This document shows positions 25,383-36,779 of a stretch of 64,000 nt of DNA, in pieces. This DNA comes from Octopus bimaculoides (taxonomy: Eukaryota), in NCBI RefSeq assembly GCF_001194135.2, contig NC_068986.1:65940648-66004647 (forward strand), in the 5' to 3' direction. Both the position numbers and the translations under genes were made by a program. Positions within the stretch are counted from its first letter, which is position 1. Each line of letters starts with the position of its first letter. The notes below the pieces were generated by a model that saw only the letters and a list, made by a program, of their open reading frames with translations, did no database searches and had not been told where the DNA came from.

Positions 25383-25426
25383 ACACCTGATGAAGGCTGG
25401 AGGGTATATCAGCCGAAACGTTGTGT
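25383..25426 (+). ncRNA. Minimal type I hammerhead ribozyme with intact core
   Basis: Stem I ACAC/GTGT; CTGATGA (25387-93) plus extra A; stem II GGCTGG/TCAGCC; GAAAC; GTT cleavage triplet; AACGTT palindrome as stem III. Confidence 0.8.
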
Positions 25427-25789
25427 TAACAACAAACAAGATGAGGACAAATATCCGTCAAATGTAAATAATGTAAATAATGTTTCGTATCTGAGACATC
25501 AGATGTAAATAAAAAGTGAGATCGAAGATAAAAAAAAAAAGATGGGTAATGGGCGTGTATGTCATATTTCGGGAGTTTTGCGTCTTTATCAGCACCCACG
25601 AACTCGTTGCTGAAATAACCAGTACATATAGTCATACAACGTTTTTGGATATACCGATTTACATATTAAACACATTCCTGGAAGCTGTTACGTAAATATT
25701 GAAGACTTGTAAACATACAGTATTTCATTTTGGACCCATAATGTGCTACACAGTATATTAAACGTTTCTATTAATCAATACCATGAACT

Positions 25790-25830
<41 letters not shown>

Positions 25831-25833
<3 letters not shown>

Positions 25834-26002
25834 CTGAGTTCTGAGTTCAAATTCCGCCGAGGTCGATTTTGCCTTTCATCCTTTCAGGGTCGATCAAATA
25901 AGTACCAGTTACGCACTGGGGTCGGTATAATTGACTTAATCCGTTTGTCTGTCCTTGTTTGTCCCCTCTGTGTGTAGCCCCTTGTGGGTAGTAAAGAAAT
26001 AA
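25831..26002 (+). mobile_element. SINE B, 5'-truncated, tail type 1
   Basis: GTTCTGAGTTCAAATTCCGCCGAGGTCGA...TAGCCCCTTGTGGGTAGTAAAGAAATA. Confidence 0.9.
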
Positions 26003-26029
26003 CACACACGAGTAAGCACATGAATGCAA

Positions 26030-26600
26030 AACAAGATGAGAAAAATAGTACTCGAATACCGAAGCTAGAGTAATATGCTTTTTAATTAAAGCTACAAAAA
26101 CATCACAGGAAAAAACTGCTACTCAGAGTTTCACGTTCTTGTTCGTCGGGAAAGTTGTGATCAAGAAGGGAATAAAATTGTGATGGTACATGTAATATAT
26201 GATTTGATATAATCCAATTTGACGAATAAGCAATTGAATTTCATTGGGTAATCTATTTTGAAATCATAAGTAGTGTTGTATTCTGGACATGTATTACTTC
26301 CTTCTTCATTCAAAGTGTTTTCGATATTATTACAATACGATATATTCATGTTTTGCTATTCAATTTATACACCCACCCCCCACCCCCGATCAGCCCAACC
26401 GTTAGCGAATACAACACCGTTTATGCTCTCAAAATAGATTACCCATTCGTCAAAGTGGATTATATCAAATCATATATATTACTTGTACCATCACAATTTT
26501 ATTCCATTCTTGAACAGAACTGTCCAACGAACGGAAACGTGAAACTCTAAGTAGCAGATTTTTTTCTGTGATGGTTTTGCATAAAAAAAGTGTATGCATA

Positions 26601-26671
<71 letters not shown>

Positions 26672-26750
26672 TTATATACTTTATCAATAAAGCTGCAAAA
26701 ATATTATTAAAACTGTTACTCAGAGTTTCACGTTCCCGTTCGTCGGAGAA
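26030..26750. mobile_element. Penelope-like pLTR copies in inverted arrangement, each with a hammerhead motif (26116-26154 minus, 26520-26557 plus, 26713-26750 minus)
   Basis: About 26090-26285 is the reverse complement of about 26405-26570; motif CC(G/A)ACGA-ACG(GRAA)CGT-GAAAC-TCTGAG-TA. Confidence 0.75.
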
Positions 26751-26754
26751 AAAA

Positions 26755-27610
26755 AACCGAACTGGACTCCAGTCTGATCTACATGATGTACGTCAATGGG
26801 CAGACAAAAACAAAATGCGACTAAACGAGGGAAATTTGAATTGATGCATTCTGGAAAAAAAAAAGACTGTGCTAAGACAACCATATTTTCTTCCTTCAGG
26901 AGAACTACTCACAGCATCTAAGAATATCAGAGACCTAGGAGTAATCGTTGACAACAATCTCAGCTGGGGTGCCCACATCAATAATAAAGTTGATGTAGCT
27001 CGTAAGATGAGCTCCTGGATCCTAAGAACCTTCCGGTCCAGAGAACAAGGTGTCATCATTCCTCTTTTCTCCTCCTTTGTATGGTCACACCTAGAATACT
27101 GCTGCTTTCTATGGTCTCCCCACACAAAACAAAACATTTCGAGAACTGAATCACCCCAGAGAGCATTCACTAAAAGAGTTAAAGGCGTGACAGATTTCGA
27201 TTATACCACCAGCATTGCCCATATGACTTCAACATTAGTTTCAAAATTCATCCAAGGCTAGGACCACATGCCATACGTCCCCTACTCAATTCAGGATCAC
27301 AACACATAAATACACTGCAACACAATTTCTTTTCCTCAACAGGCTATGCCCTACTTAACAGTGTCCCAAAATAAATCAAAGAGGAAAAAGATCTCATTAC
27401 CTTTAAACAGAATCTGGACAAATTTTTCCTTGGGATACCAGATAAGCCACCTGTACTAAGATAGAACTCACTCAACAAGAAATCCCTGCTTGAACGAGCC
27501 ATAATACCACAAAACTTGACTTAGAAAGGATTTAGCAAATCCTATCAAGTGGTACTTCTAAGTTAGACATGGCCTGGGCTAGTTTTTAATCGAAACATAT
27601 CCAAGTTTAT
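26755..27610 (+). mobile_element. CR1-like LINE, 5'-truncated 3' portion
   Basis: IRDLGVIVDNNLSWGAHI...ILRTF...SHLEYCCFLWSPH...ESPQRAFTK; later FKQNLDKF..IPD.P and a 3' UTR. Confidence 0.9.
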
Positions 27611-27619
27611 ATATTTGTA

Positions 27620-27658
<39 letters not shown>

Positions 27659-28223
27659 TATATGTGTGTGCGTGTGTGTGTATACATACATACATATATG
27701 TATGTATACATAAACATATATATATGTGTGTGTGTTGGTGTGTGTATATATATATATATATATANNNNNNNNNNNNNNNNNNNNNNNNNNNNNNNNNNNN
27801 NNNNNNNNNNNNNNNNNNNNNNNNNNNNNNNNNNNNNNNNNNNNNNNNNNNNNNNNNNNNNNNNNNNNNNNNNNNNNNNNNNNNNNNNNNNNNNNNNNNN
27901 NNNNNNNNNNNNNNNNNNNNNNNNNNNNNNNNNNNNNNNNNNNNNNNNNNNNNNNNNNNNNNNNNNNNNNNNNNNNNNNNNNNNNNNNNNNNNNNNNNNN
28001 NNNNNNNNNNNNNNNNNNNNNNNNNATATATATATATATATATGCACAGGCTAACTCAGTTATATGTTCACAAATCGCTGGAATTGGCTTGAATCAAACA
28101 AAAAACATCCTTGTGACTTTGTTGGCGACTGGGTTGAATTGTGCAAAGAAAAACTTAAATAATACATTACTACGCGCATACAAACCTGAATATATACATT
28201 CATACATATGTACATGATTGCAT

Positions 28224-28257
<34 letters not shown>

Positions 28258-28559
28258 ACGTAAGTATGTACATATGTTTGTTTGTTATCCTATCACAATA
28301 AAATATCAAAATATTAAAAGTTTATTCCTTCGGGACTTATCTTCCATTTGTCTTTCATTCCGGAAATACCATGACTTATGATAAAAGAATGTTACATTTT
28401 TTACAATTCTCTTTTGTTTGTATTTTGTTTCATGAAAACAATTCGGAAGTTTATAATAAATCATTCTTTATTCTTTGTTGTTTGTTGTTACTGTTGCTGT
28501 TTCTGGTTGTTTGTTTCACAACGAAATAGTTACGATTTCAAATGTTCTCCAAAACCACT

Positions 28560-29470
28560 ACAGTTTCACCTGGAAAACAAATGCCCATTCTGGAGCCATC
28601 GCAGGAGCTGCAGGATGGTTATTTTGGCTCGTTAGAAACAGCAGCCAAATTTCCTTCAAATTGACAGTACGACAGCGTAACGAAGGATCAATGGGCTTGC
28701 AGCCCGATCCGGGGTAAAATTGCAACGAAAAAGCATGGGAAATCATGCCCCCGTGATCCCGGACCACGGGGGGGGGGGAATAAAGGATCAAATAGGGACG
28801 GAAAAAAACGAAACAGACTTGGACCGGAAATGGATAATGAGAAAGGATGCGGTAAAGGATTGGTAGACGAGGAATTCAGCTGCTGCGGAAAGGTGTTTGC
28901 TAGTTACATTGGGCTCAGAATCCACCAAGGGAAGGTATGTCAGAAGAAAGTAATTCAACAGCGCGGGTTGATGAACCGTAAGACGTGTGGCCAGAACCTC
29001 CGGGAAAATAACCACAGCGAGGGACATTCCACAGTTGAATTAGAACAGTCAAAAACAGTGATAGGCGTGAAGAAGACAAAGATTAAGTGGCCGAAAGCAA
29101 ATGACGCAGCAAGTTATAAAAAATTCGACAACGAGGTATCAAGAATGACCACCAAATTCAAAGGCGATAAAAAGGGGAACTTGACATGACGATCAGTCGG
29201 ACGCTGACACTCGTTGATGCTGCATCGAAGAGGCCAGGGAATAGAAGAAAGAAGACATGCACCCAACACCAGAGCTGAAGACACCTCCGAAAGGTAGAGG
29301 AGTAGGGGCCGAAACCGGACGCGGTTCCTCCTGATGATATCTTGAGCTAACTGGATCCTATAAAGGAGCTGTTGTGGTAGCAGACCACGAAACATGGTTG
29401 AAATTCCACGCCTTACTTTCTTGAAAAAGGTGCAACACGTTAGACAATATTGTCCAAGATACGTAATATT
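28560..29470 (+). mobile_element. HERO-like RLE LINE 5' region (leader plus zinc-finger N-terminus); RT absent
   Basis: ORF 28830..29189 CCGKVFASYIGLRIHQGKVC...HS...KIKWPK...FDNEV matches the HERO/R2-type N-terminal pattern; GC-richer than the flanks. Confidence 0.65.
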
Positions 29471-30540
29471 CAAGTAAAGAATAGGGCTGGAATGCCTATG
29501 CGAATAGAACTTTTAAACTGGTCTGGGATAAGACAGCAACAGTTATAACATAATGCCTAAGTTGGCAATTGTAGTGAGACGCGAACTGTAAACTTTCCTA
29601 TAACAATGTATAATTCTATTCTGCTTATTACGACATATGTTCGAATGTTACAAGTTAGTGGGAAGAAATAACAAGTCTTGGTGACAATGACGAAGAAAAC
29701 AAGAAACGACTAACATGTAAAACATTGTAGTGGTACGGTTCCTAACTAAACATTGCATACAGTAATGTCCTGAGCTAAACGCCAGAATGTTTCATTAGCT
29801 GGTCTTCGAATATTTTTGGATACGACTGCTCCTTTTTGATTGCCTTAATCAGATGCCTAACACATCTATAATATCATTCTGCCCGTTACAGTGCTCGTGT
29901 TTTCAAGTGTTTGAGTGTAATCTAGTGCACCTCATTGATTATGGAGCGAAATCAAAGACATAATCGAAATGCTTAGCAAAATAAAATAAGTTCGGATGTT
30001 AGACTTTTAACAACCTTTAGCTACGGAACAAAATCGAAAATAATCTTAATCTTTAACATAATGAAACAAGTTTTATTGAGATAAAGTGCATCTAGAATTA
30101 TACCATCCAATGTACCTAACCCCTCATTTTTTCAAGATAGTAAATTTTGATTTGAAACGATTTCTAAAAGAGTGAACGATAACAACAGACTTCCTCTTTG
30201 GCTTAGAATATAACACAAAAGTGTCAAAGGCATAGACTGCGTGATCTAGCCACAGGTAACTTATGTCATGTTGTTGTACACCAATCAGTGCTTTCAAGCG
30301 GCATGTCCGGGTTTAATGACAATAACTTGCACCTTGGTATCTTTAGCGGAATCAACTTTGTTGCAAGCATTCAGCTCAGATCTCCAGTCAAAAGATAAAT
30401 TACCTTAATATATGGCAACTGCATAAGAGAAAGGAACTCTTTCCAACGAGCAATTGAAGCTATGACGTTATCTTGATTTGCTAGTGACGTATATCTCACA
30501 TTACGGCACATACCAGAGCAAAAGAAAAAAGCAAGTCACA

Positions 30541-30677
30541 GTAGCTGTGTGGTAAGGAACTTGCTTCCCAACCACATTCTTCCAAGTTCAACCTCATTGC
30601 GTGACACCGTGGGGAAATATCTTCTACAATAGCCTTGTGAGTGGATTTAGTTGACGGAAACTGAAAAAAGCTCGTTC

Positions 30678-30722
<45 letters not shown>

Positions 30723-30923
30723 CGCATGTGTGTCTTTGAATCTGTGATTGTCCCCCACCACTGCCTGAACCTGGTGTTTGGCTGTTTACGTCCCCGTAAC
30801 ATAGCGGTTCGGCAAAAAGAAAGCCGAGAGAATAAGTACCACGCTAAAAACTCTTCAATACGATGCCCCCATCATGGCTGTAGTCTAATAACTGAAACAA
30901 GTAAAAGATAAAAGATAAAAGAT
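30541..30923 (+). mobile_element. SINE A
   Basis: GCTGTGTGGTAAG head to the (AAAGAT)n tail. Confidence 0.85.
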
Positions 30924-31240
30924 AATGATTGCACATTTAGATTTCTTTGCTAGAGAAGTTTGACAATCTTCTGACAATTTATTCAATATTTATTTTAATG
31001 TTCCACTTGAGGTTTCAGTCGATGAATTCTTCTTTCATACTGAAGTGCTTTATCCTCACATCTACACACGTTTTTTTTTTTTTGTCTCAGTTCAGCCTTT
31101 AAAACGTCCTGCATTAGAAATCTGAACCTAACTTGTTATGTGTATCATATATCTTCCTGGAAACGACCTGTATTAAACTGTTATCCCATTAAATTACTAG
31201 TAAACCTATAACTATGGTATTTTCTACATTACAATTTATA

Positions 31241-31399
31241 GAGGTGTGGCTGTGTGGTAAGAAGCTTGCTTCCCAACCACATGGTTCTGAGTTTAGTCCC
31301 ACTGCGTGGCACCTTGGGAAAATGTCTTCTACTATAGTCTCGGGTCGGCCAAAGCTTTGAAAGTGAATTTGATATTCGGACAACTGAAAAAAAATACAG

Positions 31400-31489
<90 letters not shown>

Positions 31490-31713
31490 CTTTGTATCTG
31501 TTTTTTCCCCCACCACCGCATGACAACCAATGTTGCTGTGCTTACGTCCCCGTAACTTAGCAGTACGGCAAAAGAACCCGATAGAATAAGTTTAGACATA
31601 AAAAAACTAAGTACTGGGATCAATTTATTCGACGAAAAGTTCTTCAAGACGGTGCCCCAGCATGGCCGCTGTCTAATGACTAAAACATGTAAAACATAAA
31701 AAATATAAAAGAT
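31241..31713 (+). mobile_element. SINE A with a long internal (GT)n
   Basis: GTGGCTGTGTGGTAAGAAGCTTGCTTCCCAACC...GGTGCCCCAGCATGGCCGC tail. Confidence 0.9.
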
Positions 31714-32059
31714 ACAATCTTACAGCAATCATACTATTTTGAAGGCTCCGAAATTTATTCTTGAGTCCAAAATTACACAGAACTAACAGAAATACATGCA
31801 AATAAATTACAAAATGATGACAAATTAGTGTAAAGTTTTAAATCCTAAAACTCAAGGGAAATCATATTCTAAATATGGTAGTTGCTATTATTGGATAGTT
31901 ACAAAATTAATTGCGATCTTTGTTATTTTAAACGTTGATGCTCATTTTGAAATAAACTTAAAATTAAAGCTATATATTCATTTTGCTATGTATTCATTTT
32001 GGAACGAGCTTAAACTAAAGTTATGTATATGCCATTTTGAAGCACAGAATTTTGTCTAT

Positions 32060-33060
32060 TGATTTATGCTAATGGTTTTGCTTTCACTACGCATTTCTTG
32101 TTACACCAGGCTGTCAAATCAACGTCGAAGAAAAGTAAATTTAAGCGATATTATTGCGACTTCGAAATGAAATGCAAAGTAGTAGAAACTGTTCGAAATA
32201 TCAAGTAACCATTTAGCCAGGAGACAGTCAACAATAGTTCATAATAACATTAGCTCTAAACATTTCGTAGCGGCGACGAGAGCGTTTAACATGAAGAAGA
32301 ACGCAGGCGCTTTTCTGCGATTTACAACAGCAAACTGAGAGCCCTTATTGAAGTGGAGAGTAGTAAAATAATTTGAGATATTCTAAAACTATATGTCGGT
32401 CATTCATCACTTGTTCGATATTTGTACCACCCTGAAAAATCAAAAACGCTCGACAAATGAATGGCACGTGAACCGAACGATGACAAAAAAAAATATTAGC
32501 GCTTCTTTTGTGCAGTCAAAACGATCCATTTCTTAACTGAACGAAAATGGATTCTACACAATGGCTGGCGGGGATTCATATAGTTGACAGACTAAGGTGA
32601 AGCACCAAAACACTTTCCTGAATCGAAGCTGCATCAAAGTAATGTTATTGTCACTGCTTGTGTAGTCGACAAATAGATTTATCCACTACTATTTCATGGA
32701 TTCGGTTAAAACCATCATAACAAAGTAGTACTGCCAAAAGATTGCCGAAATGCACCAAGAACAACGATGTTTACTTCTAGCAGTTGTTAATTAAAAAGAA
32801 CCAGTTCTTCTCCATGACAACGACCAACTACACAATCGAAATTGATCGTACTAGGATCTGAAACTCCATTTACACCATCTTACTCGCCGGGCCTCTCTCC
32901 AATTGACATTTTCAAGCCTCTTGATAACTTCAACCAAGCAAACAGTTAAAAAGACCTTCAAATAGTTCAATGATTTGTATAAATAAATTTGTTTCTTATT
33001 GCTAAATAAATGTAGATTCTAATTGATCATTATACCGATTAATTAAATCTTTTCTGAGCT
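32060..33060 (+). mobile_element. Highly decayed mariner
   Basis: Decayed LDKW..HEL, KWILH, LLHDN and YSPGLSP motifs in order. Confidence 0.7.
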
Positions 33061-35602
33061 GAGATATATTACTTTAAGATCGGTGTGAATATAAAAGTAA
33101 AAAATAAGGTGTAAAACATAATTGCGGTTAAAAAACCAAAGAGTTTTTTTTTTCTTTTTTATGTTTGCTCTTTTATTTCTAATTTCTCAGACTCATTATA
33201 CTAATTTGATGAAATCAAGATAGGGTTCATCATTCTGATCGAATATAATTGAGAAATAGTGGAATATTGAAATTAAACACCTGAAGAAGTTTGGAGAATG
33301 AAATATAAGAATTCAAAAGAAGAGATTAATATCCTAGGAAATTTAAATTAAATTGTCTTATTTCTGAAACATTCCTGTAAATAAATAGCTCCTGCTCGAA
33401 GTGTCGGTCCAAATGTCATATCGAGTTCCCTACTTTTTAACATTATTGTTTGCTTCTGTTCAGTTATCGGTCTCTTGGTTTGGTCATATAAGGTTGCTGC
33501 CATAAAAAATAGTTTTGAGTACATTAGAAAGGTTACATTTAAGAAATGGTAGAGTAAATAAGACATTGTACATTATGTTTTGTCTACAACATAACCAGAG
33601 AAGGAAGGACAACACTATATGGCATTTCTCAGGGACTCTGAGACTTAACAGATGAAGAAGGATAACCATCTGCAGACCAGAGATCTCACATGAATGCTTG
33701 CAGTAGAGTGGATCCTACATTCGGTTACTAAAGTAGATGATGGATTAAATCTAGAATAGAAGAACAGGAACAGTCTCTCATAAAGCTGTCACAGTCTCAC
33801 CTACCGAATTTCACTCACAAAACTTGCGTCGAAAAAATTCTTTGGTAAAAAAAAAAAGGTCAATGGTACCATATAGTGGAATTGAACCAGAAATCACGTA
33901 GTTGTAATGGGAACTACTTAACCACCACAGACACACTGCCAGTCATAATGACCCACGGATGCGGAGTCAAAATCTGCAACAGCTCCTTCGATGGGAGTTA
34001 TAAGGCTTAGTTATCTGGTTGTGGGCCATAGAAATCCATAAAGTGTTAGAGCGAAATGAGTAGCCACAAAGATTTTACATGGTGTAAACTTTTTAGTGAT
34101 TATCTGTAGTTTATTGAAAGAATTGCAGTATTCCATATGTTAGTGGTTCGTGTCTCGTCAAGACTCAAAATCTATATCCTTCAAAAGCCCAAACTACTTT
34201 TCAATTAATAGACACCATTGGGCAGGCAAGTGAAGCAGTTACTTTGATTGATAGTGTTTATCTATCTTATATGTTTAATTGAAAGAGGGGTGTTCCTACT
34301 GGGTTGGCTTCAATTAATCGCATCATACGCATTCGGAAGTTCTCGACAATTCTCCAAAAACACTATGAATCACGAGACTTGTTTATCCCATATCCACATG
34401 CACATATAAAATCAGTTATTTTGCTGTGTCGGAGCCATAAATAACCTTCTCAGTCACTATCACATAACCATAACTAACACTAATTCATATAAATTCAATT
34501 CCCAAACCACAAAAGGCAGAGGAAAATTTGTTCAATAAACAGTTAATGAAGCACCTAATGAGATTATGATATTCTGAATAATTATTAATTTTCCTCTTCT
34601 GAAATTAGTAACATTGTAGAGAATAACGAATAGCGAAACCAATCCAATAAATGCTGATTCTTGGATCCTTAAAATGTGTTTAAAACTAAAGAGTCTTAAC
34701 TGTTCATTTGGATCGCAAAACGGCTATTATTCTATTGCAAATAAATATATTATTATCACCGAAGCAATAGTTAAGAATTGGTTTTTCTATTTGCTTGCGC
34801 TACTTTTATGGCAATAATATTTATTAACTCCCATCAGGTCTTCTTTTAACTGCAGTTAAACTCCCTTGGGGTTAAAATGGAGCCTTTACATTCATTGATT
34901 ATTTCATTGTTACGGTTTAGTTCAACCGATATATAGAGAAGACACTGAATGTAATTTTCAAATGTCTAAACCAACCAGTTACACGAAAAGCATATAAATG
35001 GATACTGTTTCGAGTATTTCGTTTGTTTATGTGCGTAACTGTGGATGAGCGTATTCGTGTGTGCCTCTGTGTTCTAGCATCAGGTCATGTAATATTAGGG
35101 AAGAGGAGGAAAGAGAGATCAAATTTACTCTTCACATCATGTAAGACTGCAAAGCGCATCCTTGTACACTCGATAAAATAAGTCTCTGCAAGATACTGAT
35201 ATCACTTCTACAAGCCATACAAAATTCAACATGGGACAACGAGTATGTCTGTATGTGACCGTTTAAGTTGCTAGAAATTGCAATCAATCTCACTCAAGTA
35301 ACACCCAACTGTGAGATTAACAAAAAGAACACTTTAAAAATGTGGTATTGAGTTCCCTGCACAGAGAAGAGGATGGCCACGGTCTTTTTAATAAGGGTTG
35401 AACTAGGATTAATCAATAACAATTACAATATTCTAATGTTGTAAACACGGAACAGAAATCAATATTGCCATCCACTCCTCTTCTAGACGAGGTGATAGCG
35501 AAGACATACACCTGATTTTTATGAAATTTCATAACTGAATCAATCGAATGTAACTCTCCATATTAAAAGGTTAGGGGTGTGTATTTATGTCTGTATATGT
35601 GC

Positions 35603-35667
<65 letters not shown>

Positions 35668-35681
35668 TGTCTATATTGTAA

Positions 35682-35733
<52 letters not shown>

Positions 35734-35829
35734 GTAGATAGATAGATAGCTCTGTGCGTATGCGTGTTTGTAAAATGAAGATTGCTCATATTGATAGAAC
35801 AAAACTTTGTCTATTGAAACGAAATTTCT

Positions 35830-36600
35830 TGTTCTTCATTGCTACCAAATAATGAGTTCCAAGCAAAAGCAACATACTGTCATTGAGTTCTATGAGAAAG
35901 ATTGATACAGTCTATCCAACATCAAACTTAGTCTACAGGTTGTTTACGGAATGACACCACTGAGAAGAGCAATGTACTATAGTTGGTTGGAGAAGTTAAA
36001 AGAAGATACCACTATCAAAGACAAACCACGCAATCGAAGACCATCCGATGGGCCACTGAAACGAATCGCCAGCGAGATGGTGAATTGACTCGCGCAGGCA
36101 AATGCATCACAATATTAAAACTTGCATTATATCTATGTTGATCTCAGTGCATTGGAAAAGACTGGATTAAGATTTTGGGTTTCAGGAAATGTCTACAAAG
36201 GGATACCTGGACTATTCACATGCGATTTGAAGGAATGAACCTTGGAAGAATGCCCTGCTTTGTTGAAAGCATTTGAAGCCATCATAGATACGTTCTTTTT
36301 CTGTGATTTGGTAATAGATGAAACATGTGTACATATTTATTATCAGAGAAAAACACACATTTTCTTTAAAACGGGAGAGGTTCAAAAGCAATGACCGGCA
36401 CAGAATGTCATGCTGGGTGTTTTCGGGGGAATGAAATGACAAGGGCGTCATTGTTCTTGATTCTATGAAAAGTGATTGTACGAATTACACTTGATTCTAT
36501 GGAAAGTGGAAACACGAGTGCTGCATACAACTTTCTCAGAAGAATATATTGTTGCATAAAAATACACATTACATCGTAGTAGAAGATACAGCAGGCACCT
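35830..36600 (+). mobile_element. Highly decayed mariner/Tc1 transposase
   Basis: MSSKQKQHTVIEFY..., IKDKPRNRRPS, LVIDETCVH (first D), ILLHKN (decayed HDN). Confidence 0.6.
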
Positions 36601-36779
36601 ATATGAGAGGATCTTTCACGGCTAATAATGGAGTATCCAGTGTTCTAACGAGGCATTCATGTTAAGCTGGACATAAAAATTACCTTTGATATTAATACTA
36701 CTTCTGTCGATAATAATTAATTTTTAATAAGCCTGTTGGTTATTTGCAACATTTGGTTATTTGCCGGAAAAGATGCTAA

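Noticed and set aside
29300-29345. GAAAC...CTGATGA in the HERO-like 3' region as a type II hammerhead
   Set aside because: Stem III can form, but stem I and stem II cannot pair in the required topology
33288-33315. ACAC-CTGAAGA-A...GAAAT hammerhead-like string
   Set aside because: No stem II, no NUH triplet and no stem I partner; likely chance
33348-33566. Non-repetitive 72-aa minus-strand ORF (MAATLYDQTKRP...)
   Set aside because: Short, with no motif and no splice context; compatible with chance
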